IMG/VR virus record: IMGVR_UViG_3300005264_000255
Span: 14,497-78,496 of that record
Length of the DNA stretch: 64,000 nt
Reading direction: 5' to 3' (one strand)
Source: a virus
The notes beneath the pieces were generated by a model. That model ran no database searches, had not been told where the DNA came from, and worked only from the letters and a program-made list of their open reading frames with translations. Both the position numbers and the translations under genes were made by a program. Shown in pieces: positions 1 through 11,052 of this stretch. Numbering within the stretch: the first letter of the stretch is position 1; every line of letters starts with the position of its first letter.

Positions 1-389
1 ATAAACCTACCCATACTTTCAATAATTTTTTCTATAAGAGTTAAGATACCTGTAAAGATAGCTTCAATACCACGACCAATAGAATCAAATATGGATTCAT
101 TACCACAAGAAACATCTATATAATAACTACGTGATTCAATACCTATTATAGACATAGAGCTAGATATACCATGATTAACTACATCAGTAACTAAAACACC
201 ATTCCCTTCTAGAATTTCAGTTACGTAATCATCTACACGCTGTAAACCAGTAAGACTTCTTTTACATTTATCTAACTCTAGTAAATCTTGTTTAAGAATA
301 CTTTGTTCATTGATAAGGTTCATCGCAGAATCAGTATAGTTAAATGATATTTTAGAATTAATCCTTTTTTTACGTTGTACAGTAAACAT
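1..389 (-). CDS. Internal head protein (partial, runs off window start)
   Basis: ATG at 389 overlaps the stop of the upstream ORF (TAATG); frame stays open to position 1. Translation includes GIE-S and GNE-SIFDSIGRGIEAIFTGILTLIEKII, i.e. G-x-E cleavage sites followed by an amphipathic helix, typical of phiKZ-like processed head proteins. Confidence 0.6.
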   Translation of the reverse strand, partial: MFTVQRKKRINSKISFNYTDSAMNLINEQSILKQDLLELDKCKRSLTGLQRVDDYVTEILEGNGVLVTDVVNHGISSSMSIIGIESRSYYIDVSCGNESIFDSIGRGIEAIFTGILTLIEKIIESMGRF

Positions 390-1309
390 TACTTCACCTC
401 TAAAATTTTAGTTACCTTTAGTTTTAATTTGTTAACTTTATCCTCATAGTACTTTATAGCTTTAAGATTACCACTATTAGACTTAAGCTCTAAAAGTCTT
501 AACTCTAATAACTTAACTCTAGCTTTATGATAATCTGCTCTTAACATATCAATATCTACTAATAGTAGTCTTATATGCATTATAGGATTACCTATAAAAG
601 AACGAGATAATTCTGAATGATGTTTATTTTCATCTTTATAATTAAAGAATCCTAAAAATCTTTTAATAGTAGCCTGTGTATAAAAATCAGATATTTTAAA
701 AGTATCTTTAAAGAAACCCATAATTACGTCAGTTGGAATAACAGACATCTCTTCATTACGTAGTGTTTTTATCGTTGGTATGTTACCGATAGTTTCGACA
801 ACTTTATCTAAATTACTCTTTTCAAACTCAGGTATTAATTTTACTAGTGTTAATAAGTCGTTACCCGCTTTAGCTTTAATAGAAGTATCTAACTCACTAC
901 TTTCCTCAGTATAGAATTTATCTACTATATAAGTTAGAACATCTGTAATAATCTCACTAAAGTATATACCCTCTGATAACACAGCTAATAATATCTTATT
1001 ATTTAGATTATATGTACTCGTAGAAATTGTATCAGATACCTCTGATAAAACCTTCTTTTTAAGCATAGGAATTATCTTAAGATAACTTTCTTCTATCTTT
1101 ATCAATTTCTCGAAGAACTCTTTATCATCTTTTAAACATAATTGTGCAAATGGTAAACTATTAGATAAAATAGTCTGGTCACCGACTTCCTTTATCAGAG
1201 TATTCAGACTAGGAAGAATGTCACCACTTATGGTATCTTCTACACTGTCTATTAGTGTCATAATTTCATCTTGTTGTAAGATGATTGTATTAGTAAAACG
1301 TTTTCTCAT
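389..1309 (-). CDS. Virion inner-body/head protein (phiKZ gp90-like)
   Basis: 306 aa; FIGNPIMHIR motif then a C-terminal coiled coil (RVKLLELRLLELK...IKYYEDKV); synteny with the neighbouring structural block. Confidence 0.55.
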   Translation of the reverse strand: MRKRFTNTIILQQDEIMTLIDSVEDTISGDILPSLNTLIKEVGDQTILSNSLPFAQLCLKDDKEFFEKLIKIEESYLKIIPMLKKKVLSEVSDTISTSTYNLNNKILLAVLSEGIYFSEIITDVLTYIVDKFYTEESSELDTSIKAKAGNDLLTLVKLIPEFEKSNLDKVVETIGNIPTIKTLRNEEMSVIPTDVIMGFFKDTFKISDFYTQATIKRFLGFFNYKDENKHHSELSRSFIGNPIMHIRLLLVDIDMLRADYHKARVKLLELRLLELKSNSGNLKAIKYYEDKVNKLKLKVTKILEVK

Positions 1310-1322
1310 AAGTTTCCTTTTC

Positions 1323-2444
1323 TTAAAATGGTTGTTTATTGTTTAACATATCTTTTAGTAATGATGTAACATCACTCTCTTTCTCTTTTTTAAGCATATT
1401 AAAGTTAAGTACACTAAAGCTAGGAATACTATCTATTAACATTGTAAGTTCTTCATTCTCCACATCTACGAAAGTAACTGAGAAAGCCATTAACAAATTA
1501 GTTAAACTATCTTTATCTTTATCTTTTAGAATATTACCTTTAATCAGTTTGTTTATTGTAGCTATAGTAGAGTTATCTAGTATATAGATATTAAAGTTCT
1601 TACTAAATGTATTCTTATTATGTATCAAATCTTTAATACCATGTACCTTATCTACTTTGTTAAGATACTTAGCAAATGTACTTTCATTAGAAACCTTTTT
1701 ATCTTTATACTTTTTAACTAAATCTGTAGCAAAGATTAAATCAGATAAACCTATCATACCTGCACGATACTCATCTATTCTAGCAAATAAGGTTTTATCA
1801 GCATTGCTATCTAACATATTGTTAATTAAAGGATGAGCATCTACATATGTTATATTAGGATATACCACTAATGGCATAGTGAACACTGCTTTGTTACCAC
1901 TGGCTGTTTCAAACCCTAGTTGTAATTCATATGTATTAACGAAACTACTAACATCTTTTTGTATATAGTTATTGTTTTCTAACTTACTAGAAACTACTCT
2001 ATCTACTTTCTTAGCCTCTGTAGCAGGTAAAATACCATCTATATCTAAAAGGTCTTTAACATAATCAAAACTCTCAGTACCCTGGAAGATATCATACAAC
2101 TCACCAGCATCATCCATTAAGCTACTTTTACTAAGCTTATCTATGGCAATACTCGGTTTAATACCATACATCTCCACCATCACTCTAACAGCATTAGTAA
2201 CAATTGCTGTAAACAGAATAACCTCAGTTTTAATCATATCTCTTAAAACTGATTTATCCATATATTGTAAATTTTTGTCTATAATAATATTAGGAGTAAT
2301 TATAAATTTTGATAATAGTTTTGTCATCTTTCCTGACGATGAAATATCAGGCTCTAATTGTAAAACGTTCTCTTTCTCTTCATAAATATTCTTAATGATA
2401 TTACCAATAGTAAATATGCCACTTTTTGTACCACCTAAAGCCAT
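1323..2444 (-). CDS. Virion inner-body/head protein (phiKZ gp89-like)
   Basis: 373 aa; GTE-S and ATE-A protease-type sites, YRAGMI..SDLIFATDLV motif, C-terminal PF. Confidence 0.55.
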   Translation of the reverse strand: MALGGTKSGIFTIGNIIKNIYEEKENVLQLEPDISSSGKMTKLLSKFIITPNIIIDKNLQYMDKSVLRDMIKTEVILFTAIVTNAVRVMVEMYGIKPSIAIDKLSKSSLMDDAGELYDIFQGTESFDYVKDLLDIDGILPATEAKKVDRVVSSKLENNNYIQKDVSSFVNTYELQLGFETASGNKAVFTMPLVVYPNITYVDAHPLINNMLDSNADKTLFARIDEYRAGMIGLSDLIFATDLVKKYKDKKVSNESTFAKYLNKVDKVHGIKDLIHNKNTFSKNFNIYILDNSTIATINKLIKGNILKDKDKDSLTNLLMAFSVTFVDVENEELTMLIDSIPSFSVLNFNMLKKEKESDVTSLLKDMLNNKQPF

Positions 2445-2533
2445 AACCTGTCCTTAAATTAAATTTATTCATTTTATTACTTTAGTATAGGTATTTTTTA
2501 AATTGAAATACTATATTTAAAAGGAAAATAAAC

Positions 2534-3598
2534 ATGACAGAAAATTTAAACATCTATGACCATATTAATAATAACACTGTTGGTTTTAATGAGAAAGAAG
2601 TAGGTGACATGTTATATGGATTTAGTCATTCCGATCATATACCTTTCTTACCCTCTAATAAGGATAGAAGTGGTATTACTTTTTTTACTAAACCCCAATT
2701 AAATCTGACTGATATGAATATAAAGAATCTTCCAGGATTATATAGATTATTAACTAAAACACAAGCCTCTATCGGTAGGTTCGTCAGAACAACCTTAGAT
2801 CCAAGGTTATCATTTAACTTTAGTGATCCTCTATATCATCATGAGAAATTGAGTTCTCCTCTTGTTGATAAGTTTAATCCATTCATACCGATACTTTCTA
2901 ATACATTATTATCACTAAGTGGTTGGCCAGACGTTACTGTACCAACATTTACATCTAGTCCAGGGTTACGTAAAGAGCAATATACTATGGTAGATGGGAT
3001 TTTTGAAACCTATGATGCCTTTGATTTAACTGCTACATTTAAGAATTTCGTGAATGAACCTTTATCATTACTATTTGAAACTTGGTCCAGAGTACCGTCA
3101 GCTGTCTTTGAGGGTACTATGAATGACTATATGGATATAATGTTAGCTAATGAATTTAGTTATAATACAAGAATATATAAATTCATTATGGACGAGAGTA
3201 ATAGATTTATAACTAAGGTAGCTACTACAGGAGCATCATTCCCTAATACTGCTCCTATGGCTAGTTATTTTGATACCGATAGAAGTAAATCTTATACTGG
3301 ACAGAATGAAGAACTGTCTATAACATTTAAATCTGTAGGTGCTATATATAATAGTGATTTATCGTTACTGGAGTTTAATATGGTGGCAGCATCTTATAAT
3401 AGTGATGTATATAACTTACTCATGGGTGAAGAACATAATCTAGTTAAAATAGATTATGAGGTATTATCTTTATTCAGAGGTCGAGGTTATCCTGTTATCG
3501 ATTTGGAGACTAATGAATTATGTTGGTATATAAATAAAGATAGTCCTACATTAGCTAATGTAATTAAGGAATTATCTGAAAGTAAGGAAAATAAATGA
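2534..3598 (+). CDS. Virion structural/baseplate-associated protein (phiKZ gp88-like)
   Basis: 354 aa; G.TFFTKPQLNL, FIPILSN.L.SLSGWPD and YNTRIY motifs recalled from this core family; AAGGA RBS. Confidence 0.65.
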   Translation: MTENLNIYDHINNNTVGFNEKEVGDMLYGFSHSDHIPFLPSNKDRSGITFFTKPQLNLTDMNIKNLPGLYRLLTKTQASIGRFVRTTLDPRLSFNFSDPLYHHEKLSSPLVDKFNPFIPILSNTLLSLSGWPDVTVPTFTSSPGLRKEQYTMVDGIFETYDAFDLTATFKNFVNEPLSLLFETWSRVPSAVFEGTMNDYMDIMLANEFSYNTRIYKFIMDESNRFITKVATTGASFPNTAPMASYFDTDRSKSYTGQNEELSITFKSVGAIYNSDLSLLEFNMVAASYNSDVYNLLMGEEHNLVKIDYEVLSLFRGRGYPVIDLETNELCWYINKDSPTLANVIKELSESKENK

Positions 3599-6352
3599 GT
3601 ATCAGTGAATCAACATTATTAGAAATGCGTAAGTGTATCTATGACCCTAACTTAGTACAGATAAAAAATCTGGAACTTTTAACTAAAGGACTAGAGAGTA
3701 CGTTAGACATACCAGACCCGACTAGTCCATTCATGTTCTTACTAGAGAATAATGCTTTAAATACAACAGCAGCAGTACAGGAGATAAGTAGTAACCTTAG
3801 AAAGAATTATCCTGAATTAGCTACTACTAAACTAGACTTATATAACCACGTTAATACTAGTGAGATAGATGAGTATTTCTCTAAACCTAGTACTGCTGAA
3901 TTTAATATATATTTTAATAAGAAAGATTTACTTTCTTTTGGTGAAACCGTTAATGGTAACACTACTATAACGATACCTAAATATAGTAGTATCCTAGTGA
4001 ATGATATAACATTTACGTTAATTAATGATGTACAATTAACTATTTATAGTAATAACAAGATATTCACTAAATACATACATAATGAATTAGCTATTAGTTA
4101 TAATGTAGACCGTGCTGCGACTAGTACTATAGTTACTGATAGTAATGGACTTGAATGGGTTATGGTAAGTATAACGTTTCACCAATTAAAGAGATATTCT
4201 TTTAGAGAAACCTTAATGCAATCAGAATCTTTTAAAAGTACTATAAATTTTGATACTAATAACAATTACTCTTATATAGATGTTAAAAGTATAAACAGAC
4301 TCTATAGACCTAGAGATTCCGATTGTATATAACCTTAACAACCTAATCTCTACATATCTGGATATAACTGTTTTCACTACGTTAGGTGTATTAGACATAC
4401 CTTTAAGTCATTATGAAGTAAGTGATTTCGTTTTCACGATGGAAATACCTGCAACTACTGATGCTACTATTATAGGTATTAGTAACATATCCACATTCGC
4501 TAACTCTGATGACTTTACTGTAGGCGGTGTTGCTGAATTATCTTTTGTAGATTTAAAAAATAAAATAATTAACTATAGTACTGGCGATAATAATCTACCG
4601 ATAACTATAAACGAAGTTAAAGATACATTATTGAAAAATGACTTTACATTTATTGGTATAGAGAAAAGTCTATTAGAGAGTAAGATTTTGGCTACTAGAT
4701 ATATAGGTAAGTTGAATAATAAGGTAACGGCTACTTTCGATGATATTAATACTGAATTAAAATTTATGATTAATGATGTTAATAGTGTCAACTGCATCAA
4801 GAACGATACAAGTATTGTTTTTAACCCTTATCAGATGTTTAGTTTTAAAGATGGGACTATGAGAATAGTTAACGATACCGAACAGGCTGAAATATTATCA
4901 ATTATTGAAAAGAAACCTAGTGATTATAATAACTATAAACTCTTCTTTAATCTATTTAAGTATGTACTAGATTACGGTAACCATCTGAAGACAAGGATAT
5001 ACGATGTAAATCAGTCTAAAGTAACCAATCCTTATACTAAGTATGTTAATACTGATTTAGCTACTACGTTTAATATAACTACTAGAAGTTTAATATTCTT
5101 AAAAGATTCCTATAGTCTTAGAATAGCTATTGATATAACACCTGAACTAGCTACACTTAATATTGATCGATTATATTCACAATTAAGTTTAAAATTACTT
5201 AATAATGATATAATGTATTTTAAAGGAACTTCAGCTATTGTTAATAATCAAATAGTTATTACTACTACGATACCTATTGATGGTTATATTAATGATGAAC
5301 ATTACTTTATCACTGAAACACCTGATGGTCCTGTAAAACGCAATTACCTAAGTATTCTAAATAAGGGAACTTTAGATATTTATAGTACTGATACATCTAT
5401 AAGTAAATATAACACTATAAGTATTGATGACATTATCATAGATAACAGTACTTGTATTTTCTATAAGGAAACATTATCACTGGAGTTCGCTACATATCTG
5501 AAACATCTATATACAAATTATAAAATAGAATATACACCTAGAAAGTATTTAAAATATACTGAAATAGAATACTTAACTTATAATAAGAATGTTTATAAAT
5601 TGGATAAGGATGGATTAATAGAAACTACACCTGTAGTTGATGAAGATGGTAATACTAACGATGTAGTAATGACTGTGTTACACGAGGAGGGTTCTTATGT
5701 ATTAGATGGTAATGGTGAAAAGATAATCCTTCATAACATCGGTGACACCATCTTAGATGAGAACGATAGTCCTATAATTGATAAGGATATTGGTATAATT
5801 CATAAGGTTAATATGTTTCTTTTGGAAGACATCTTCCTAAGAGTGAATGAACCTACATATAATAAGTATAGGATAGATTACTTTCTTAAGATAACTGATA
5901 CCTTAAAAGAAGACATCTTACCTATAAATGATAATTTGTTAGAAAATACTGCATTACTATATAAGAGTCATAATACTGATAGTCCTGTTGAATTAAAGTT
6001 TAATAACATTATAAGTGCTTATGATAATTACATCAGTCCTACTATAACTTTATATACAAACTCTGATGCATCGTTAATTATTGATGATACTCTAATTATA
6101 AAGGTTTATGATTTTATTAAGGATAGAATCACTAAAGATGTGATTATTGCAGATATAGAGAAAGAACTAATGAAGACTCTGGATAGTGACATTATATCAA
6201 TTAACATTAGATTGGTAGAAGATGAAAATATTACTATTATTAAATACAACGATAACAGTAGTAGATTTATTATTAAAAAGAAATTAACATTAACTGTTAA
6301 CAAACTTTTAGGTATTATACCAGATATAAAAATAAATAGTCTAACACTATAG
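3595..6352 (+). CDS. Large baseplate/structural protein (phiKZ gp87-like), split by an apparent deletion/frameshift near 4295
   Basis: ORFs 3595-4332 and 4439-6352. The second frame is open and coding-like from ~4295 (TDSIDLEIPIVYNLNN...VFTTLG). N-terminal DPTSPFMFLLE...YPELA...DLYNH motif. Confidence 0.6.
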
Positions 6353-6371
6353 GGATATCCCTATAGTGTTA
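6342..6371. terminator. Perfect 30-bp palindrome between convergent genes
   Basis: TAACACTATAGGGATATCCCTATAGTGTTA; overlaps both stop codons. Confidence 0.7.
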
Positions 6372-6851
6372 ACAGTTTATAATGTGTCTGTATATCATCA
6401 TAACTCGAGCTCTATCACCATTTAGTAAAGTAAGAGTATCTGTAGCCATGATATCACGAATACCTACGAGAGCTGATTCCATCATATTACTGGTTGGTTT
6501 AAGATAGGCAACTAGTCTATGTTTTAGGAGTATCTTTAACTGTGATGTAAATTTATCAAAGTCGATACCAATCTCTTCATTGATTTCAAGACCCATAGTA
6601 TTAGCGAATATCGCCATATAATTGTTAACTTCATTAACGGTATATTTCTCTTCATAGAATTTTCTCATATCAAACTGTACCTTATCACAGATACCTATTA
6701 CAATAGTCATAAGTATACGTTCACGATCTACATAAGGTAGTGTTTCATAATCAGGAACTGTTTCTTTAATACAATTAAGTATACAACCAGCTATATCCCC
6801 TACCTCATATTCTTTCTCACGGCATAAATTAATTCCACTTAGGTATAACAT
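6369..6851 (-). CDS. Hypothetical protein
   Basis: 160 aa ORF with AAGGA RBS. Confidence 0.7.
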   Translation of the reverse strand: MLYLSGINLCREKEYEVGDIAGCILNCIKETVPDYETLPYVDRERILMTIVIGICDKVQFDMRKFYEEKYTVNEVNNYMAIFANTMGLEINEEIGIDFDKFTSQLKILLKHRLVAYLKPTSNMMESALVGIRDIMATDTLTLLNGDRARVMMIYRHIINC

Positions 6852-6869
6852 TTCTTTTTTCCTTTATTT

Positions 6870-8330
6870 CTATTTAAGATTTTTAAATTTAGCACCATAT
6901 AAATGCAACTCATTTTCTTCCATTTCTTCCAGATAATCCTCTAAGGTTTTCCCAGTAGAATAATCTACAGCTTCATTACCAAAATACTTATCACTAGCAA
7001 TCGTAGTGATGCTCTTCTTCAGGTTATCTATAACCTCTTTTATATTATCTATTTTATCTATAAGTATATCGCTATTACTCGTCTTATCGGATTTACGTAA
7101 TTCACGAATTAATTCCAATCGAAGCTTAACTAATCTTCTACCCATATTATCAAACTTAATAGTAGTATTTGTTCCTGTAGATATTGTAGCTATAAATATA
7201 CTTAATATAGATTTTATTATGTAACCTATAAGATAAGATAGTAACTTAACACTAACGTATATGACGAATACTAGTAAACCTAATGTACTCATTATTAAGT
7301 AAGACATTATAAACGCCATTATACCAATTATCATCATAATTACTTTTACAAACTGTGAACTAGTATCATCCTCACTATTCTGAATAATCAGTTTATTATA
7401 CTTCTGTTTAATCAAGGCTTTAGCAAAAACATCACCTAAACCAAATCTAGCAACAAACATATCTGATAATTGATTAAAATCAATTCTTACAGAGTTAGTA
7501 TTACCATCTATACGGTAAGTCTTTAACATAAGTACCTCTAACTCATTTAGGACAGCCACAGAGCCTTCTTTCTTATGTACACCACCATTTGCCTTACCAA
7601 CAGCAATCGATAGGGAATCAATAGCCTCTGTATTCTTATCAAACTTCTCATTTAAAAAAGTATCTATTAACGTAAAGTTAGTCTTTGTAGTAGTATGCAT
7701 ATATTCTAGGTAAGTAAATATTTTACCTACTTCAAACAACATTAGACTAACTACCTCTTCAGCTGTCATTGATACTAAAGTAGTTGTTAAAACATCTAAG
7801 CTGATATTAAACTCTGAACCAGTTAACCCTGATATCCTAGCATTTTTTAAATCTAAAGTAAACCCATCTGATTTTAATGCTTCGGTAATATCAGTAAGAG
7901 TCTTGTGAAGTATATTCTCTTTATAAGAACTCTGTGTAGACCATAAAACACTATCTTCTTTTCTTTTAGGAAACAATTCATCCATACTATTTAAAGCTAC
8001 GTTAACAGTACGATAATTTAGATTAGGCATTATAAGACTTGTTATCCTACTATCCTTCATTTTTTTAGCATCTACGGTAATCTTAATGCCAAATCTTTCA
8101 CTAAGTATATTAGACATCTTAGTGAAACTACTATCATAAATAGAATTCTTTATTAACCTACTGTATTTATCATAATTTTCATAAGAAGTATTAGTATCGT
8201 TAAGTGATATATCCTTATACAAGAGAGTTTTATTTGTTGTTTCCTGTAATTCATTTACTAAGGCATTCAGCTCCAATATATATAAATTATTTGTTTGTTT
8301 TTGAATAGATTCAGTACCATATGTAATCAT
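6870..8330 (-). CDS. Virion head/ejection protein with degenerate zincin-like motif and TM hairpin (phiKZ gp86/gp84-like)
   Basis: 486 aa; N-terminal GTE-S site; LFEVGKIFTYLE aligns with LHEIGHIFTLLE of the paralogue at 45101-47185; SDMFVARFG motif; long hydrophobic segment. Confidence 0.6.
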   Translation of the reverse strand: MITYGTESIQKQTNNLYILELNALVNELQETTNKTLLYKDISLNDTNTSYENYDKYSRLIKNSIYDSSFTKMSNILSERFGIKITVDAKKMKDSRITSLIMPNLNYRTVNVALNSMDELFPKRKEDSVLWSTQSSYKENILHKTLTDITEALKSDGFTLDLKNARISGLTGSEFNISLDVLTTTLVSMTAEEVVSLMLFEVGKIFTYLEYMHTTTKTNFTLIDTFLNEKFDKNTEAIDSLSIAVGKANGGVHKKEGSVAVLNELEVLMLKTYRIDGNTNSVRIDFNQLSDMFVARFGLGDVFAKALIKQKYNKLIIQNSEDDTSSQFVKVIMMIIGIMAFIMSYLIMSTLGLLVFVIYVSVKLLSYLIGYIIKSILSIFIATISTGTNTTIKFDNMGRRLVKLRLELIRELRKSDKTSNSDILIDKIDNIKEVIDNLKKSITTIASDKYFGNEAVDYSTGKTLEDYLEEMEENELHLYGAKFKNLK

Positions 8331-8426
8331 GACAATTCTTCCTTTTTTTATTTAAATCAATCTATTTTTTCTTTTTCCTAATGTTATGTAATCATTTTCT
8401 TGATTTAGATATTATAAGGAAATTAA

Positions 8427-8798
8427 ATGGCTACTTTTAGTATAGATGATTATATAGTTTTTAATAGTTTTAAAAACATTGATAGTATCTCGTGGGAAGT
8501 ATCTGAAACGGATACTTTTGAGGTTCTTATAGACCAGACATATAAGAATAAAGATATCAAATCTGGATGGTATAGTAGGTTAAATAAATTAGATGGTTCT
8601 GGGTACTACGATGAATTTACTACCCTCTATGCTAGATGTAAGATACACACAGTTAATGGTGAGTTTATAACTGAGTCAGATTGGTTTACTAAGGCAATTA
8701 ATCAGACTTTAGAAAAACGAGTTAGAATAACTAGAAATGGACAAGTAGTCGGTGAAGTATCTATAGACGAAAACAATAATTGTACAACCATATGGTAA
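8427..8798 (+). CDS. Small beta-rich (FN3/Ig-like) protein, possibly structural
   Basis: 123 aa; SISWEVS...LYARCK...ESDWF pattern, similar to the N-terminus of the 31752 ORF. Confidence 0.45.
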   Translation: MATFSIDDYIVFNSFKNIDSISWEVSETDTFEVLIDQTYKNKDIKSGWYSRLNKLDGSGYYDEFTTLYARCKIHTVNGEFITESDWFTKAINQTLEKRVRITRNGQVVGEVSIDENNNCTTIW

Positions 8799-8831
8799 CT
8801 AACATAACAGATTACTCTGTTATGTTAGTTA
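8796..8831. terminator. 16-bp-stem hairpin between convergent genes
   Basis: TAACTAACATAACAGA-TTAC-TCTGTTATGTTAGTTA. Confidence 0.7.
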
Positions 8832-10965
8832 AGTCGTAGTCTGATAACTCTTCTAGTAATGTTGAGTCTGTCTTAACATAATATCCTAAAGTCTCTAATA
8901 TCATATATAAGACCTTAACATTATCTTTTATAACTCTCTTATAATCTATCATGGATAATATCTCTTTAGGAATACCATTATTATAGACAATAATTAAAGG
9001 TAGTCTAAATGTAGTTACTTTATCCTTTTTAACTTTACCTAAAAATCTCCTTACATCATCAGCAAACTCTTGATTAGGCATATTATCTAATACTAATGCC
9101 ATACTTCTCTTAGAGGTAACCGTGGTTGGTAATTTAACAGCCATATACTGTGGGTCAGGAGCATTACCATATCTACTACTGAAAACATCCTGCCATAACA
9201 TATAATGCATATAGGGAGAGTCACTAGGTCCTTTAGCATAACCAGCAGGTTCTTTAATCTTTTCTAATTTTAATACATCAGGAGAACCATCCTTTATTTT
9301 ATTCAGTATCATCATCTCAGCATCAAGTACCATATCGATGAAGTGTTGTAACGGTATCTGTTTATTAGTTCTAACTAACTCCATTATCCCAACCATCATT
9401 TTCTCAGATAACTCCCTAATAGGACCATATACATTAGGAACTATTAGATTAACACCTTTCTTCTCTAGGTTCTTCATTGGATCAGATACCTGATATACAT
9501 TACCCTCCTGTACATTAACAGTAGCATAATAATGTTTACTAACATTTGTATTAACAAACACTGACCAAAAGAACTCATTCTTCATTGCTAAATGTTTAGC
9601 CTCTTCTGGATTAATATTCATGTTTGCTGCAAACATCTTAATATAGTGATCTGTTGATTGTGTAACTATTGTCATTATTGAAGCTGTTAATGTTACTGCC
9701 TCTTCCATAAATGTTACCTTACCATAATACCATTCCACCCATTCCTCATATGTAGCACAAGTACTATCTGTATCAGATAATACTATAGACTCTCTTACCA
9801 TATCCTTTATGTACGCTAATGATGGTGGAAATACTTCAGTTATTAAGAAAGCTTTTATTAAATCCTCATACTCAGTAAAAACATTATTTAGGTTAATAAT
9901 AAAACTAGCTATGTGTTGTTTATGCTCCAAGGTAAACTTATCTTTAGAGATACCCATTAATAATTTTGTATTTGCATGTACAGCTAGGTTAACTGCCCAT
10001 TCCTCACTATTACTAATAATAGCATCACACTTGTCCATAGGTATGTCTTCTAAATGTTTACGTAATAAATCATTCATCAAAGACCTAGTAATGTCCTCAT
10101 TATGTTTTCTAAAATGATAAAGGTCATTATGATAGGTAACATACGCTCTTTCTATCCCTGTAAGTTTAGTTAAGTATTCATAAATAATAGCCTCTTTCTC
10201 GAGGTTTCTCCAATACTTAGAAGTAGACTTCAATATACAATTCATTGTCTCTTGTGGTGTAGGTATCTTTAATCTATATTTAAGTACAGTATCACGTATC
10301 TCTCGTTCATCCATAGTTGAGACTATCGTAGCTATATGATTAAAAGTTATATCTGGATCTCTATAATGTCGATTACCTGAAATAATAGACTCTGATAAAA
10401 CATTACCTATACCAGATACTGCTCTTGTTATGGATGTAAGTGTATAGTGGGCTGATAGATTATACAGGATAGTTCCCATACTTGCGTAAGCACCTGATAA
10501 CGAGTTATTAAAAATCTTCATTACTTTCTGAATAACATTATGATATGTAGACTTAGTCATATCACCTGCCATCTTGAATTTAAAAGCTAGTTTCTTATTC
10601 TCACTTCTTTTTTTAACATTGATATTAATAAATTCAGCATGAAGTGAACGCTTCTTATCCTTAGAGAAGTATACTGTAAAAGATGGTACAATTATATCAC
10701 CCTTCTGTTTAACACTGGCTATGTAATTTAATAATCCTAATGACTTCTCTACACGGATACCTTTTAAATCCCTTTCGTAAAACTTTACAGTAGGATTCTT
10801 GAAACGATTCTCATCCTTTATATACTTACGTAATCTCTCTTCTGGATTTTTTATTTTATTCATTAAGGCTAAGACTTTTGAATTAATCTTAAGATAATCT
10901 TTGATAGGGTTAATCTTGCTTGTATAAAAGGATTTATCCCTCTTAAAAATATTTGATAATTTCAT
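8812..10965 (-). CDS. DNA polymerase, catalytic subunit of the split family-B enzyme (phiKZ gp50-like)
   Basis: 717 aa; Q..MKIFNNSLSGA (motif B-like), VLSDTDST (motif C), MKNEF, KHYYA, KKGV. Confidence 0.85.
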   Translation of the reverse strand: MKLSNIFKRDKSFYTSKINPIKDYLKINSKVLALMNKIKNPEERLRKYIKDENRFKNPTVKFYERDLKGIRVEKSLGLLNYIASVKQKGDIIVPSFTVYFSKDKKRSLHAEFININVKKRSENKKLAFKFKMAGDMTKSTYHNVIQKVMKIFNNSLSGAYASMGTILYNLSAHYTLTSITRAVSGIGNVLSESIISGNRHYRDPDITFNHIATIVSTMDEREIRDTVLKYRLKIPTPQETMNCILKSTSKYWRNLEKEAIIYEYLTKLTGIERAYVTYHNDLYHFRKHNEDITRSLMNDLLRKHLEDIPMDKCDAIISNSEEWAVNLAVHANTKLLMGISKDKFTLEHKQHIASFIINLNNVFTEYEDLIKAFLITEVFPPSLAYIKDMVRESIVLSDTDSTCATYEEWVEWYYGKVTFMEEAVTLTASIMTIVTQSTDHYIKMFAANMNINPEEAKHLAMKNEFFWSVFVNTNVSKHYYATVNVQEGNVYQVSDPMKNLEKKGVNLIVPNVYGPIRELSEKMMVGIMELVRTNKQIPLQHFIDMVLDAEMMILNKIKDGSPDVLKLEKIKEPAGYAKGPSDSPYMHYMLWQDVFSSRYGNAPDPQYMAVKLPTTVTSKRSMALVLDNMPNQEFADDVRRFLGKVKKDKVTTFRLPLIIVYNNGIPKEILSMIDYKRVIKDNVKVLYMILETLGYYVKTDSTLLEELSDYDLTNITE

Positions 10966-11020
10966 TAATATCCTTTAAATGTACTTTTTCAATTAAGACC
11001 TATTTATAATAAACTTATTC

Positions 11021-11048
11021 GATACTATACGGGCAACCGTATAGTATC
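11021..11048. terminator. 12-bp-stem hairpin, GCAA loop
   Basis: GATACTATACGG-GCAA-CCGTATAGTATC, just downstream of the 11053-12009 gene. Confidence 0.7.
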
Positions 11049-11052
11049 TCTA

